Shown piece by piece: positions 20,158 to 29,182 of a stretch of 64,000 bases of DNA. The notes below the pieces were generated by a model that did no database searches, was not told the DNA's origin, and worked only from the letters and a program-made list of their open reading frames with translations. The DNA comes from an uncultured Chloroflexia bacterium (GTDB taxonomy: Bacteria > Chloroflexota > Limnocylindria > Limnocylindrales > CSP1-4). Location: contig CAVPNC010000006.1 in the NCBI GenBank assembly GCA_963706695.1, positions 134,361-198,360 on the forward strand, given 5' to 3'. The first letter of the stretch is position 1; each line of letters starts with the position of its first letter. The translations under genes and the position numbers were made by a program.

Positions 20158-21260
20158 AACGTCCCGACCTCGACGTGCACGGGGCGGCCATCGAGTCGCG
20201 GTGGGGCACCTTCGTCTGGGAACCGCCCCAGGAAGACGTCGCTCTCGTAGGTCAATGCCAGCGGCCGCCCGAGCGTCTGCGCCAGGGGCTCGCGGGCATC
20301 GAAGCCGACGAGCAGGAACGCCTGTCCTTGCTCACGCGCACGAGCTCGGGCCGCACGCAGCAACGCCCCCAGCACGTCGGGATCGTCGTCCGCGGTACAG
20401 CGCAGGGCGCCGAAGGCCGTGCCGATGCGTTCTCCCGGACGTGGCAGCCGGCGTGCGCCGATGGCTCGGGCCAGCAGGTCGTAGGCTGGCCGCAGGCGGC
20501 GCAGGCGCGGGCTGTCGTCGGCCAGGATCTCCTGCTTGTAGCTGGACTGGTCCCAGGAGCCAAGAACGCCGGCGATGTCGCCATCGCGCCGCGCCACCAG
20601 CAGGTCCTGGAGCTGCAGTCCGCGGTAGCTGATGCCATCGAGCAGCGCCTCCGGATCGACCACCGGGAAGAGCTGGCGGTCGGGTCCGTGCATCCGCAGG
20701 AAGTCCACGACGGCGTCGAGCATCGCTGGCTCGCAGGGCGTCACCGGCAGGCTCGCTCGCCGGGGCCCCGGCGAGCGATGGGTGACGAAGGCGAGGGACC
20801 GCAGGCGGGCGATGCGCTCGACCCGGGCAGCCGCCGGCGGGCGCGGCCCGGTGATCGTGCCCAGCGCGACCGTGTTGTCACTGGCGATGACGCCCATGTA
20901 GGGAATCGAGCGGTCGTTGCCGCGGACGGCTTCAAGAGCGGCCCGCTGCATCAGCCATCGCCCCTGGAAGCGCGGCGCGATGCGGATCTGCCCGATGTAC
21001 GTGACGCGCGCCGCTGCGCCTTCGAGGTAGACGCGTCGGACGGCCCGGACCATGACCCCCGCGAGGAGGTCATCGGACGCGTGGCGGGCGATGAGGACGT
21101 CGCACGGCTGCCCCTGGATGGTCGTGCCCAGGAAGTAGTCGGGCTCACGTTCGAAGCGCACGCTGACCGTGCCCGGCATGGCCAGCGTGCCCACGAGCGC
21201 TCGGATCTCCGGCTCGTCGTCAGGCGTTGCCTGCAGGAAGCGGAAGCGCCGCTGGCTCAT
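20154..21260 (-). CDS. hypothetical protein, possible two-domain GNAT/FemAB-like acyltransferase
   Basis: 368 aa from the Met at 21260 (MSQRRFRFLQATPDDE...). The ATG overlaps the radical-SAM gene stop (ATGA on the minus strand). It has no signal peptide and no clear motifs. The upstream 123 codons of ORF 20154..21629 overlap the neighbouring gene and were discounted. Confidence 0.45.
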   Translation of the reverse strand: MSQRRFRFLQATPDDEPEIRALVGTLAMPGTVSVRFEREPDYFLGTTIQGQPCDVLIARHASDDLLAGVMVRAVRRVYLEGAAARVTYIGQIRIAPRFQGRWLMQRAALEAVRGNDRSIPYMGVIASDNTVALGTITGPRPPAAARVERIARLRSLAFVTHRSPGPRRASLPVTPCEPAMLDAVVDFLRMHGPDRQLFPVVDPEALLDGISYRGLQLQDLLVARRDGDIAGVLGSWDQSSYKQEILADDSPRLRRLRPAYDLLARAIGARRLPRPGERIGTAFGALRCTADDDPDVLGALLRAARARAREQGQAFLLVGFDAREPLAQTLGRPLALTYESDVFLGRFPDEGAPPRLDGRPVHVEVGTL

Positions 21261-22585
21261 CGCGTGCCCAGCCGCAGGCCCTGGCGCTTGAAAGCCTCGC
21301 GGCGGAAGAGCGGGTTGTAGAGGAGGTAGAGCCCGAAGCGTGTCACCGAGCTCATGTTGGTGGAGCGATCGAGGGCCCGGGTCACGATGGATCCGAGGCT
21401 GCTCCAGCGACGCCGGCAGGCCCAACCGGTCTCGGTCAGCTGGTCCGCGGTCATGCGCGCCGGTCTGAAGGCGGCGCTGTTGAAGCGGTAGTCGGGGTGA
21501 AGCCACCAGCGGCCGTCGTAGAGCAGCCGGCCCTGCTCGGCGAGGCGCGCGTAGAGGGGCGTGCCGGGGTAGGGCATGAGCACGTTCCAGGCCGCGAAGG
21601 TGAAGTGCTGGTCGATGGCCCACTCGCACTGCTCCAGCAGCCTGTCGGGCGTGTCGTGGTCGTAGCCCAGGACGAAGGCAGCCCAGGTCTGGAGGTGGTG
21701 CTCGGCCAAGGTGGTGATAGCGGCGGCGTAGCGGTCCTTGCGCACGAGGTTGGGCCGCTTGCCCATCTGCTCGAGGTTGACCTCATCGAGCGACTCGAAG
21801 CCGATGACGTTGCCGAGGCAGCCGCTCTCGACCATCAGGCGCATCAGCTCGGGGTCCTCCACCTGGTCGATGCTGGCCTGGCTGACCCAGCGCTTGCCGA
21901 GGGGGATGAGCGCCCGGAAGAGCGCCTTGGCAGCCGCATGGTCGGCGATGAGGTTGTCGTCGACGAAGAACAGGTTGCGCCGCGTGCCGGCCTCGATCTC
22001 GGCCACGACGTCGGCCACCGGGCGCGCGTGGTGCTGGTGGTCGAAGTAGCTGCCGACCGCGCAGTACTCGCAGCGGAAGCGACAGCCGCGCCCGAACTGC
22101 AGCAGCGAGAGCGGCAGATAGCCCTTGCCCTCATAGATGTCACGCCGCGCGTGCGCCGTCGGCTGCGGTGCGCCTGTCCCGGCGTGGTAGCGGGGCGCCA
22201 GGCGGCGCTCGTGTGCATCGGCCACGACCGTGGCCCAGCGGGTCTCGGCGTCGCCGGTGAGCACGCTGTCGGCGTGCTCAGCGACCTCGTCGGGCAGGGC
22301 CGTGGCGTGGATGCCGCCCATGATCACGGGCACCCTGCGCGCGCGGAACTCGTCGGCGATCTCATACGCCCGGCGAGCGGTGAAGGCCTCGACCGTGATG
22401 GCCACGAGGTCGGTGTGTTCGTCGTAGTCGATCTCGTCGATGCGGTCATCGCAGAGGCGCACATCCACGCCCTCGGGGGTCAGGCCTGCGAGGACCCCGA
22501 GGTTGAGCGGCTCCATCCGGGCCTCGTCGCGGAAGGGCCCGTCGGCCAGGCGACCGAGCGTGGGCTTGACGAACGTGATGTGCAT
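21257..22585 (-). CDS. B12-binding domain-containing radical SAM protein (class B radical SAM)
   Basis: 442 aa from the Met at 22585. It has an N-terminal cobalamin-binding Rossmann-like domain (VAITVEAFTARRAYEIADEFRARRVPVIMGGIHAT) and a radical SAM CxxxCxxC cluster motif (CRFRCEYC). Only the C-terminal 442 codons of ORF 21257..23860 are taken as real. Confidence 0.8.
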   Translation of the reverse strand: MHITFVKPTLGRLADGPFRDEARMEPLNLGVLAGLTPEGVDVRLCDDRIDEIDYDEHTDLVAITVEAFTARRAYEIADEFRARRVPVIMGGIHATALPDEVAEHADSVLTGDAETRWATVVADAHERRLAPRYHAGTGAPQPTAHARRDIYEGKGYLPLSLLQFGRGCRFRCEYCAVGSYFDHQHHARPVADVVAEIEAGTRRNLFFVDDNLIADHAAAKALFRALIPLGKRWVSQASIDQVEDPELMRLMVESGCLGNVIGFESLDEVNLEQMGKRPNLVRKDRYAAAITTLAEHHLQTWAAFVLGYDHDTPDRLLEQCEWAIDQHFTFAAWNVLMPYPGTPLYARLAEQGRLLYDGRWWLHPDYRFNSAAFRPARMTADQLTETGWACRRRWSSLGSIVTRALDRSTNMSSVTRFGLYLLYNPLFRREAFKRQGLRLGTR

Positions 22586-22681
22586 GGTGCCCGTGCCGCA
22601 CGCTCCCACCAGCGTGGGCGCCGAGCAAGAGCCGAAGGGACCGACTCGTGCCAGCGCCAGGCTGTGCCCTAGCATGGACCG

Positions 22682-23857
22682 ATGCTTCGTTCGACCGCCT
22701 TCGTCACCCTTGCTCTCGCCCTCAGCCTCCCGACGGCCGCCACGGCGGCCGACTGTCTCGCCCCACTCATGGATGAGCCGAGCGCTGCGCTCGCACGCAC
22801 GGATCACGCCGTCAGCGGCAACCGCGTCGCCACGGGCTGCGGGCCGCTCACGGGCGCGGTTCTCGACGTGGAGCTGGGGGGCACGCCGGTGTGGGTGCTG
22901 CCCGACCCCAGCGACCGCGGTGGCTCGTGGTTCGTGGTGCTCGAGGACGGCACCGTTGACCACGTCATCGACGATGGCAGCGGTGCGGCCTTCGCAAGCC
23001 AGAGCGAGACGCCACCGCTCGAGCCCGGCCACCCGCCGCTGGCGCTCACGACCGGGGAGAACGAGGTGCTGGTGGGCTCGGCGCTCGGCGCCACCGGCTG
23101 GTTCGCCGACCCACTCCCCGACGCTCGGGTGACCGAGATACCCGGCGCCGCGCTGGTGGCTCCGGTCGGACCCACCGATCGCTACGACCACGGCGTGCTG
23201 GGGGACCAGCTGGAGGCCTCGGCCATCGAGGTCCGGGACCAGGCTGGGCCGGTCGTGCGCGTCGCGGTCGGCACCGATGAGGTCATCGAAGGCACGTCGG
23301 TCATGGTCGTGGAGCTGAACGCGGACGAGCCCGGGCCGGAGCTGCTCGCCACCGTCAGCGATGCCGCTGCTGGCGCACGCCTGCGGGTCTACGACCTCGA
23401 TGGCTCGGTCGTCGGCGAGTCGAAGCCGATCGGCCAAGGCTATCGCTGGCTGCATCAGGTCGGTGCCGGGAACCTCGCGCCTGACGGTGCGCTCGAGATC
23501 GTGGCGGTGCGCACGCCGCATATCGGAGGGATCGTGGAGGCCTATCGCCTCGTCGATGATCGCCTGGAGCTGGTCGCCACGGCCGAGGGCTACAGCTCGC
23601 ACCAGCTGGGCTCGGCCAACCTCGACATGGCCCTGCTGGCCGACGCCGATGGCGACGGCCGCCTCGACGTGCTGGTGCCGACGCAGGCCATGACCGAGCT
23701 GGCCCTGCTGGCTCGCACCGATGCGGGGTTCGAGGAGATCGATCGCCTCGAGCTCGACGGCCGGCTGACCACCAACGTGGCCGCGACCCCCACGGCTGAT
23801 GGCGGTCTCGCCCTCGCGGTCGGGACCGACGACGGGCGCCTGCGGGTCTTCCGCTAG
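22682..23857 (+). CDS. secreted hypothetical protein (signal peptide; FG-GAP/VCBS-like Asp-rich repeat DADGDGRLDVLV)
   Basis: 391 aa with a signal peptide (MLRSTAFVTLALALSLPTAATA). It is divergent from the radical SAM gene. Confidence 0.5.
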   Translation: MLRSTAFVTLALALSLPTAATAADCLAPLMDEPSAALARTDHAVSGNRVATGCGPLTGAVLDVELGGTPVWVLPDPSDRGGSWFVVLEDGTVDHVIDDGSGAAFASQSETPPLEPGHPPLALTTGENEVLVGSALGATGWFADPLPDARVTEIPGAALVAPVGPTDRYDHGVLGDQLEASAIEVRDQAGPVVRVAVGTDEVIEGTSVMVVELNADEPGPELLATVSDAAAGARLRVYDLDGSVVGESKPIGQGYRWLHQVGAGNLAPDGALEIVAVRTPHIGGIVEAYRLVDDRLELVATAEGYSSHQLGSANLDMALLADADGDGRLDVLVPTQAMTELALLARTDAGFEEIDRLELDGRLTTNVAATPTADGGLALAVGTDDGRLRVFR

Positions 23858-23946
23858 CACCGGGCGAGTACCATCTCAAGGCCGCGCCGCGCACCCTGGA
23901 TCGGGTCGCGGCCGCTCCGCGTGCCCTCGATGGGGAAAGGACTGGT

Positions 23947-24690
23947 GTGAAGAAGGTCGTGGTGGGCCTGGGCAACCCCGGGTCCAAGTACCAGAACACG
24001 CGTCATAACATCGGCTGGATGGTCCTCGATCGCCTCGCCGACCGACACGGCGCGGCCGGTTCGGTCAAGACGAAGGATGCGGCGGCGACCGCGCGCGGCC
24101 GCATCGGTGATGACGAGCTCATCCTGGTCAAGCCCATGACCTACATGAACCGCTCCGGGGAGGCCGTGCGCAAAGCCATGGCGCGCGAGCGCGTGCCCAT
24201 GCAGGACGTGCTCGTCGTGGTCGACGACATGGACCTGCCCTTCGGCCGCCTGCGCATGAAGGCGACGGGCAGTGCCGGCGGTCACAACGGCCTCCGTTCG
24301 ATCATCGGCGAGATGGGCACGGAGGCCTTCGCTCGTCTCCGCGTCGGCATCGGAGCGCCCAGGGGTGGCGCCATCTCGCATGTGCTCGGTGACTTCGAGC
24401 ATGCCGAGCAACAGCACCTCGACCTCATCCTCGATGCGGCCGCGGACGCGGTCGAGCTGTGGTCGCAGGAGGGGCCCGGGGTCGTGGCCAACAGGTGGAA
24501 CGGCTGGAAGCCGCCCCTCGAGGAGCCCCAGGCGGCCGCGGCCCGGCCCAAGGCCGAGGCGGAACCCACGGGGCCGGGCGCGCCCGAGGCCAGGCCCAAG
24601 CCGGACGCCGATGGTGTCGTGCGCACGAGGACCGGCTGGCGCAAGCTGCTGCCTGACATCCTCGGCAACCGCGGCCAGGACGAGGCGTGA
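23947..24690 (+). CDS. pth: peptidyl-tRNA hydrolase with a roughly 55 aa Pro/Ala-rich C-terminal extension
   Basis: GTG start. It carries the Pth motifs VGLGNPG, NTRHNIG and GHNGLRS. Confidence 0.85.
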   Translation: MKKVVVGLGNPGSKYQNTRHNIGWMVLDRLADRHGAAGSVKTKDAAATARGRIGDDELILVKPMTYMNRSGEAVRKAMARERVPMQDVLVVVDDMDLPFGRLRMKATGSAGGHNGLRSIIGEMGTEAFARLRVGIGAPRGGAISHVLGDFEHAEQQHLDLILDAAADAVELWSQEGPGVVANRWNGWKPPLEEPQAAAARPKAEAEPTGPGAPEARPKPDADGVVRTRTGWRKLLPDILGNRGQDEA

Positions 24691-27600
24691 CCGACGCCAT
24701 CCGGCCTACCCGGCTGCGCAAGCATCGCCCCCAGACGGCCGCACCTTCCTCGGCACGACACCACATCCCTGACCTGTCGCCCCTCACGGAGCTGCTGGCG
24801 CGGAGCGGTCAGGTCGAGGCCCTCGCAGACGGCTATCGACGCGCGGCTGATGGCCGGGTCGGCCGCGACCTGCGCCATGTCACGTACGCCGCCATGCCCC
24901 ATGGGGCCAAGACCTACCTCGCCGCGGCCCTGGCCCTTGCCTCCGGTGAGCGCCTGGTCTGGATCGCGCGCGATGCCGAGATCGCCGACCGGGTGGCAGA
25001 GGAGCTGGGGGCCTGGCTAGGCAGCGCCGAGCAGGTGGTGACCCTGGAGCCGCGCACGGCCCTCGCGTACGAGCGCTCCGAGCTCGTACGTGACGAGTCG
25101 GCCGCCCGCGTGGCTTCGCTCGCAGCGTGGCATCGGGAGGGCTCGCCGGCTCGCATCCTCGTGGCCAGCCTGCAGGCCCTCTTCCAGCGCACGCTCGCGC
25201 CCGACGCCATCCCGGCCGACCCGCTGCGCCTGGCCGTGGGCATGCGCCTGGGCATGGACCGCGTGCTCGGTGCCCTTGTCGACCTGGGCTATGAGCATGT
25301 GCCCGAGGTCGGCGGCCGCGGCGAGTTCGCCCGGCGCGGCGGCATCGTCGACGTCTTTCCCGCCGGCCAGCCGATGCCCGTGCGCATCGAGTGGTTCGGC
25401 GACGAGCTCGACTCCCTGCGCGCCTTCGACCCGGCCGACCAGCGGGGTGTGGGACCGGTGGCGGAGGCGGTGTTGCTGCCGGCCTCCGAGTTCCTGCTGG
25501 CGCCTGCCATCAAGCAGGAGCTCACCGCGCGCATGAACCGCACCGTGGAGCGACTGCCCGAGAACCTGCAAGAGGATGTGGCTCGGTTCGACGCGGGCGC
25601 CCTTGGCGACGCGGCCGAGCTGTGGGCTGGCTACCTCGCCCCGCATACGGCCCTGGACCACCTGGGACCGGCCATCTGGCTCCTCGACGAACCTGAGGAG
25701 GTGGCCACCGTGGCCGACTTCCTCCACTCGCAGGCCGAGGACCGGCGTGGTGAGCTGGAGCGGGCGGGGGAGCTGCCCACCCGCTGGGCCACGGCCTACC
25801 CCAGTGCTCGCGAGTGGAAGGCGACTCTCAACGAGGCGCGCACGCTGCGGCTGACGTGGGAGCCGGAGGTCGTGGGTGCCCCACCTGGCGGCAACCCCTT
25901 CGGCTGGCATGAACCGGTCCTGCCGCCAGCGCGCATCGGCGACCTCGCCGCGACCGTCCGTCGCTGGCGGGCGGAGGGTGCACGGGTGGTGCTGACCTCC
26001 GACCAGTCGGCCCGGCTCTCGGAGATCCTCGAGGACGACGGCATGGGCGCGGCGCCGCTGGGCGACCTGCACGAGCCCGTACCCAAGGGCGGTCTGGCCC
26101 TCATCGAGCGCAGCCTCAACGGCGGCTTCGCCGGTGGCCCCGACGAGCTCGAGTTCATCACCGACCGCGAGCTCTTCGGGAGCGTGCGCGTGCGCCGGCC
26201 GCGTGCCATGCGCCGGGTGGTGCCGCGTGACCTGCTCGAGCGCCTGGAGCCCGGTGACGTGGTCGTCCACGTCGACCACGGTGTCGCCCGCTACGAGGGC
26301 CTGGTCCGGCGCCCGGCGGCCGGCTCCGACTCGGAGGAGCGCGACTTCCTCGAGCTGCACTTCGCGGAGAAGGGTCGCATGTGGGTACCCGTCGAGCAGA
26401 TCGAGCGCGTCTCGCGCTATGCCGGCGGCGACCACCCGCAGCTCTCGAAGCTGGGGGGAGGGGAGTGGCAGCGGGCCCGGACCCGTGTCCGGAAGGCGGT
26501 GGGTGACCTGGCCCGGGACCTGCTTCGGCTCTACGCCGAGCGGGCCAAGGCGCGCGGCCGCTCCTTCGGCCCGGACTCACCGTGGCAGTCGGAGATGGAG
26601 GCTGCGTTCCCCTACGAGGAGACGCCCGACCAGCTGCGAGCGGCCGTCGACGTCAAGGCCGACCTGGAGCAGGCCCGGCCCATGGACCGCCTGGTGGTGG
26701 GCGATGTGGGCTACGGCAAGACCGAGGTCGCCTTGCGAGCGGCCTTCAAGGCCATCGAGGCTGGGACCCAGGTGGCGGTCCTGGTGCCCACGACCGTGTT
26801 GGCGGCGCAACACCTGGTCACCTTCCAGCAGCGTTTCGCGGCCTACCCCGTGACCGTCCGTTCGCTCAGCCGCTTCGTGCCCAAGCGCGAGCAACAGGAC
26901 ACGCTCGCGGGCCTCGAGGCCGGCACCGTCGATGTGGTCATCGGCACCCATCGGCTGCTGAGCAAGGACATCCACTTCAAGGACCTGGGCCTCGTGGTCG
27001 TCGACGAGGAGCAGCGCTTCGGGGTGACCCACAAGGAGCGGCTCAAGCAGCTCAAGACCGAGGTCCACGTGCTGACCCTGAGCGCGACACCCATCCCGCG
27101 CACGCTCAACCTGGCACTCGTGGGCGTGCGCGACATGTCCGTCATCGAGACGCCGCCGGAGGACCGCCTGCCCATCCAGACGCGCGTGGCGGAGGCCTCT
27201 GCCGGACTGGTGCGCGACGCTATCCTGCGTGAGCTCGACCGCGGTGGCCAGGTCTTCTACGTGCACAACCGGGTCGAGACCATCGACGCCCAGGCCGAGC
27301 AGCTGCGGCGCCTGCTGCCGAGCGCGCGCATCGCCGTGGGCCACGGCCAGATGACGGAGGGCGCCCTGGAGAAGGTCATGCTGGCCTTCGCCGCGGGTGA
27401 GCACGACGTGCTCGTCTCGACCACCATCATCGAGTCGGGCCTGGACATCCCCAACGCCAACACCATCGTCATCGATCGCGCTGATGCGCTGGGCCTGGCC
27501 CAGCTCTACCAGCTCCGCGGCCGGGTCGGCCGCTCCTCACGGCGGGCCTACGCCTACCTGCTCTATCGGCGCAAGGCCGCGCTCAGCGACATCGCGCGCA

Positions 27601-28304
27601 AGCGACTGGCGGCCATCTTCAACGCCTCCGAGCTGGGAGCCGGGTTCCAGATCGCGCTCAGCGACCTGGAGATCCGCGGCGCCGGCAACATCCTCGGCGG
27701 CGAGCAGCACGGCCACATGGCTGCGGTCGGCTTCGATCTCTACACCCGCATGCTGGCGGAAGCCGTGGAGGAGGAGAAGGCGACGCTCGAGGGGCGTGAG
27801 CCGCGCCACGCTCGCACACAAGCGAAGGTCGATCTGCCCGTCGAGGCCTACCTGCCCGACGACTACGTGCCCGAGGAACCGCAGAAGCTAGAGCTGTACC
27901 GCCGCCTGGGCCGAGTCGTCAGCGATGACGGGCTGGAGGAGATCCGGGAGGAGCTGCTCGATCGCTACGGCGCGATGCCCTTGCCCGTCGAGCGGCTCCT
28001 GGAGGTCTCGCGGCTGCGCTACCGTGCCGAAGAGGCAGGTCTGCTGTCGGTGGCCATCGAGAGTGGCCAGCTGGTGCTGCGCTTCGGTCCGGACTGGTCC
28101 CGCGCGACCACCATGCGCGCCCTCGCCCCATCCTCGGTCGAGGACCCGCTGCGGGCGTTGCAGGGTCGCATCAAGTATGCCTCCAACCAGGTCCGTGTGC
28201 GCCCGCCCGCTGATCCCGAGCGCGCGTGGGTCCTGACGCAAGCCATGGTCGACCGGCTCGCAGACTCGCCTGTACGCGCGCCCCAAGAGGCGGCCGAGAC
28301 CTAG
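24687..28304 (+). CDS. mfd: transcription-repair coupling factor
   Basis: 1205 aa. It contains UvrB-homology and RNAP-interacting domains and a superfamily-2 helicase core (GDVGYGKTEVA, DEEQRFG). ATGA overlap with pth. Confidence 0.9.
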   Translation: MTDAIRPTRLRKHRPQTAAPSSARHHIPDLSPLTELLARSGQVEALADGYRRAADGRVGRDLRHVTYAAMPHGAKTYLAAALALASGERLVWIARDAEIADRVAEELGAWLGSAEQVVTLEPRTALAYERSELVRDESAARVASLAAWHREGSPARILVASLQALFQRTLAPDAIPADPLRLAVGMRLGMDRVLGALVDLGYEHVPEVGGRGEFARRGGIVDVFPAGQPMPVRIEWFGDELDSLRAFDPADQRGVGPVAEAVLLPASEFLLAPAIKQELTARMNRTVERLPENLQEDVARFDAGALGDAAELWAGYLAPHTALDHLGPAIWLLDEPEEVATVADFLHSQAEDRRGELERAGELPTRWATAYPSAREWKATLNEARTLRLTWEPEVVGAPPGGNPFGWHEPVLPPARIGDLAATVRRWRAEGARVVLTSDQSARLSEILEDDGMGAAPLGDLHEPVPKGGLALIERSLNGGFAGGPDELEFITDRELFGSVRVRRPRAMRRVVPRDLLERLEPGDVVVHVDHGVARYEGLVRRPAAGSDSEERDFLELHFAEKGRMWVPVEQIERVSRYAGGDHPQLSKLGGGEWQRARTRVRKAVGDLARDLLRLYAERAKARGRSFGPDSPWQSEMEAAFPYEETPDQLRAAVDVKADLEQARPMDRLVVGDVGYGKTEVALRAAFKAIEAGTQVAVLVPTTVLAAQHLVTFQQRFAAYPVTVRSLSRFVPKREQQDTLAGLEAGTVDVVIGTHRLLSKDIHFKDLGLVVVDEEQRFGVTHKERLKQLKTEVHVLTLSATPIPRTLNLALVGVRDMSVIETPPEDRLPIQTRVAEASAGLVRDAILRELDRGGQVFYVHNRVETIDAQAEQLRRLLPSARIAVGHGQMTEGALEKVMLAFAAGEHDVLVSTTIIESGLDIPNANTIVIDRADALGLAQLYQLRGRVGRSSRRAYAYLLYRRKAALSDIARKRLAAIFNASELGAGFQIALSDLEIRGAGNILGGEQHGHMAAVGFDLYTRMLAEAVEEEKATLEGREPRHARTQAKVDLPVEAYLPDDYVPEEPQKLELYRRLGRVVSDDGLEEIREELLDRYGAMPLPVERLLEVSRLRYRAEEAGLLSVAIESGQLVLRFGPDWSRATTMRALAPSSVEDPLRALQGRIKYASNQVRVRPPADPERAWVLTQAMVDRLADSPVRAPQEAAET

Positions 28305-28313
28305 GTCGGCCAC

Positions 28314-29073
28314 TCAGCCGGTTGGCGTTTCATCCGCCGCCGACGCCGCTTCGACCTCCAGGCGCCGGCGCTCGAGCTCGTGGGCAGCCTCATCATCCTG
28401 CCGAGCGCGCCACAGAGCAGGGTCATGAGGGCGATGGCGCCACCAACGAGGATCGCCGGCAGTCTGGCGCTGCTCGCCTGCGGTGGGTTCGAGGGGATGG
28501 CACGGTAGATGCCAGTAGACGATGCCGGCCGCGACGGCGAAGGTGGCTGCCGCCCCACCCGCGGCCAGGACCCATTCGCCGTCGAGCTGCAGGGCCCGGG
28601 CGACGACGGTGGCGACGCCGGCAAGCAACACGGCGGCGAGCACGCCGACGATGATGAGGAACACCAGCAGCACGCCCACCACGCGAGCGAACGCCCCGCT
28701 CACTCGCTCGCCCGTGAAGGATCGCTCCATCGCTCGGGTCAGGTTGAGGTGGAGCCCGCTGGCGCCCCAGAAGAAGCCGATCAAGGCGATGATCCCGCCC
28801 ACCTCGGCGAGGTCGTTGGCTCCACGGAGCGCCGAGTCAGTGAAGCCGGTGAGCCGGGAAGGCTTGGTTGGTGAGGTCGATCGCCTGCTGCCGGAAGACC
28901 GGATCGTCGACCAGCCGGAAGATGCCGGCGATGACCAGGATGAGGGTCGGGATGAGCGCGAACAGGGCCGCATACGAGAGGCCACCCACGATGAGGCCGC
29001 CGCCCGTACTGCGGTAGTCGACCTGGATGCCGAGGGCGCGGCGCAACGCCGACCAGCGCGTGACCAGCGACAT
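28314..29073 (-). pseudogene. YihY/BrkB family inner-membrane protein gene with an apparent single-base frameshift near 28845-28860
   Basis: The N-terminal 78 codons (ORF 28837..29073: ...GGLSYAALFALIPTLILV...AIDLTNQAFPA) and the C-terminal part (ORF 28314..28985 from ...LTGFTDSALRGANDLAEVGGIIALIGFFWGASGLH...) form one YihY-like protein in two frames. Total 760 nt = 3n+1. Confidence 0.55.
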
Positions 29074-29182
29074 CAGCTTGGTTCTGAGGCGGCCCTTCGT
29101 GCGTGGCTCGTCCGCATCCGTGGCCGGGCTCGTTCCCTCCCTGTCGGGGAGCAGGCCGGTGATGTGGGTATCGCGGTCCCGA

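Noticed and set aside
21261-21629. N-terminal 123 codons of ORF 20154..21629
   Set aside because: This stretch overlaps the 3' end of the radical SAM gene in another frame. The internal Met at 21260 gives an ATGA junction, so the extension is treated as non-coding.
22586-23860. N-terminal 425 codons of ORF 21257..23860
   Set aside because: The radical SAM protein's conserved B12 domain begins at the Met at 22585. The upstream part is antisense to the secreted-protein gene and is Arg/Gly-rich.
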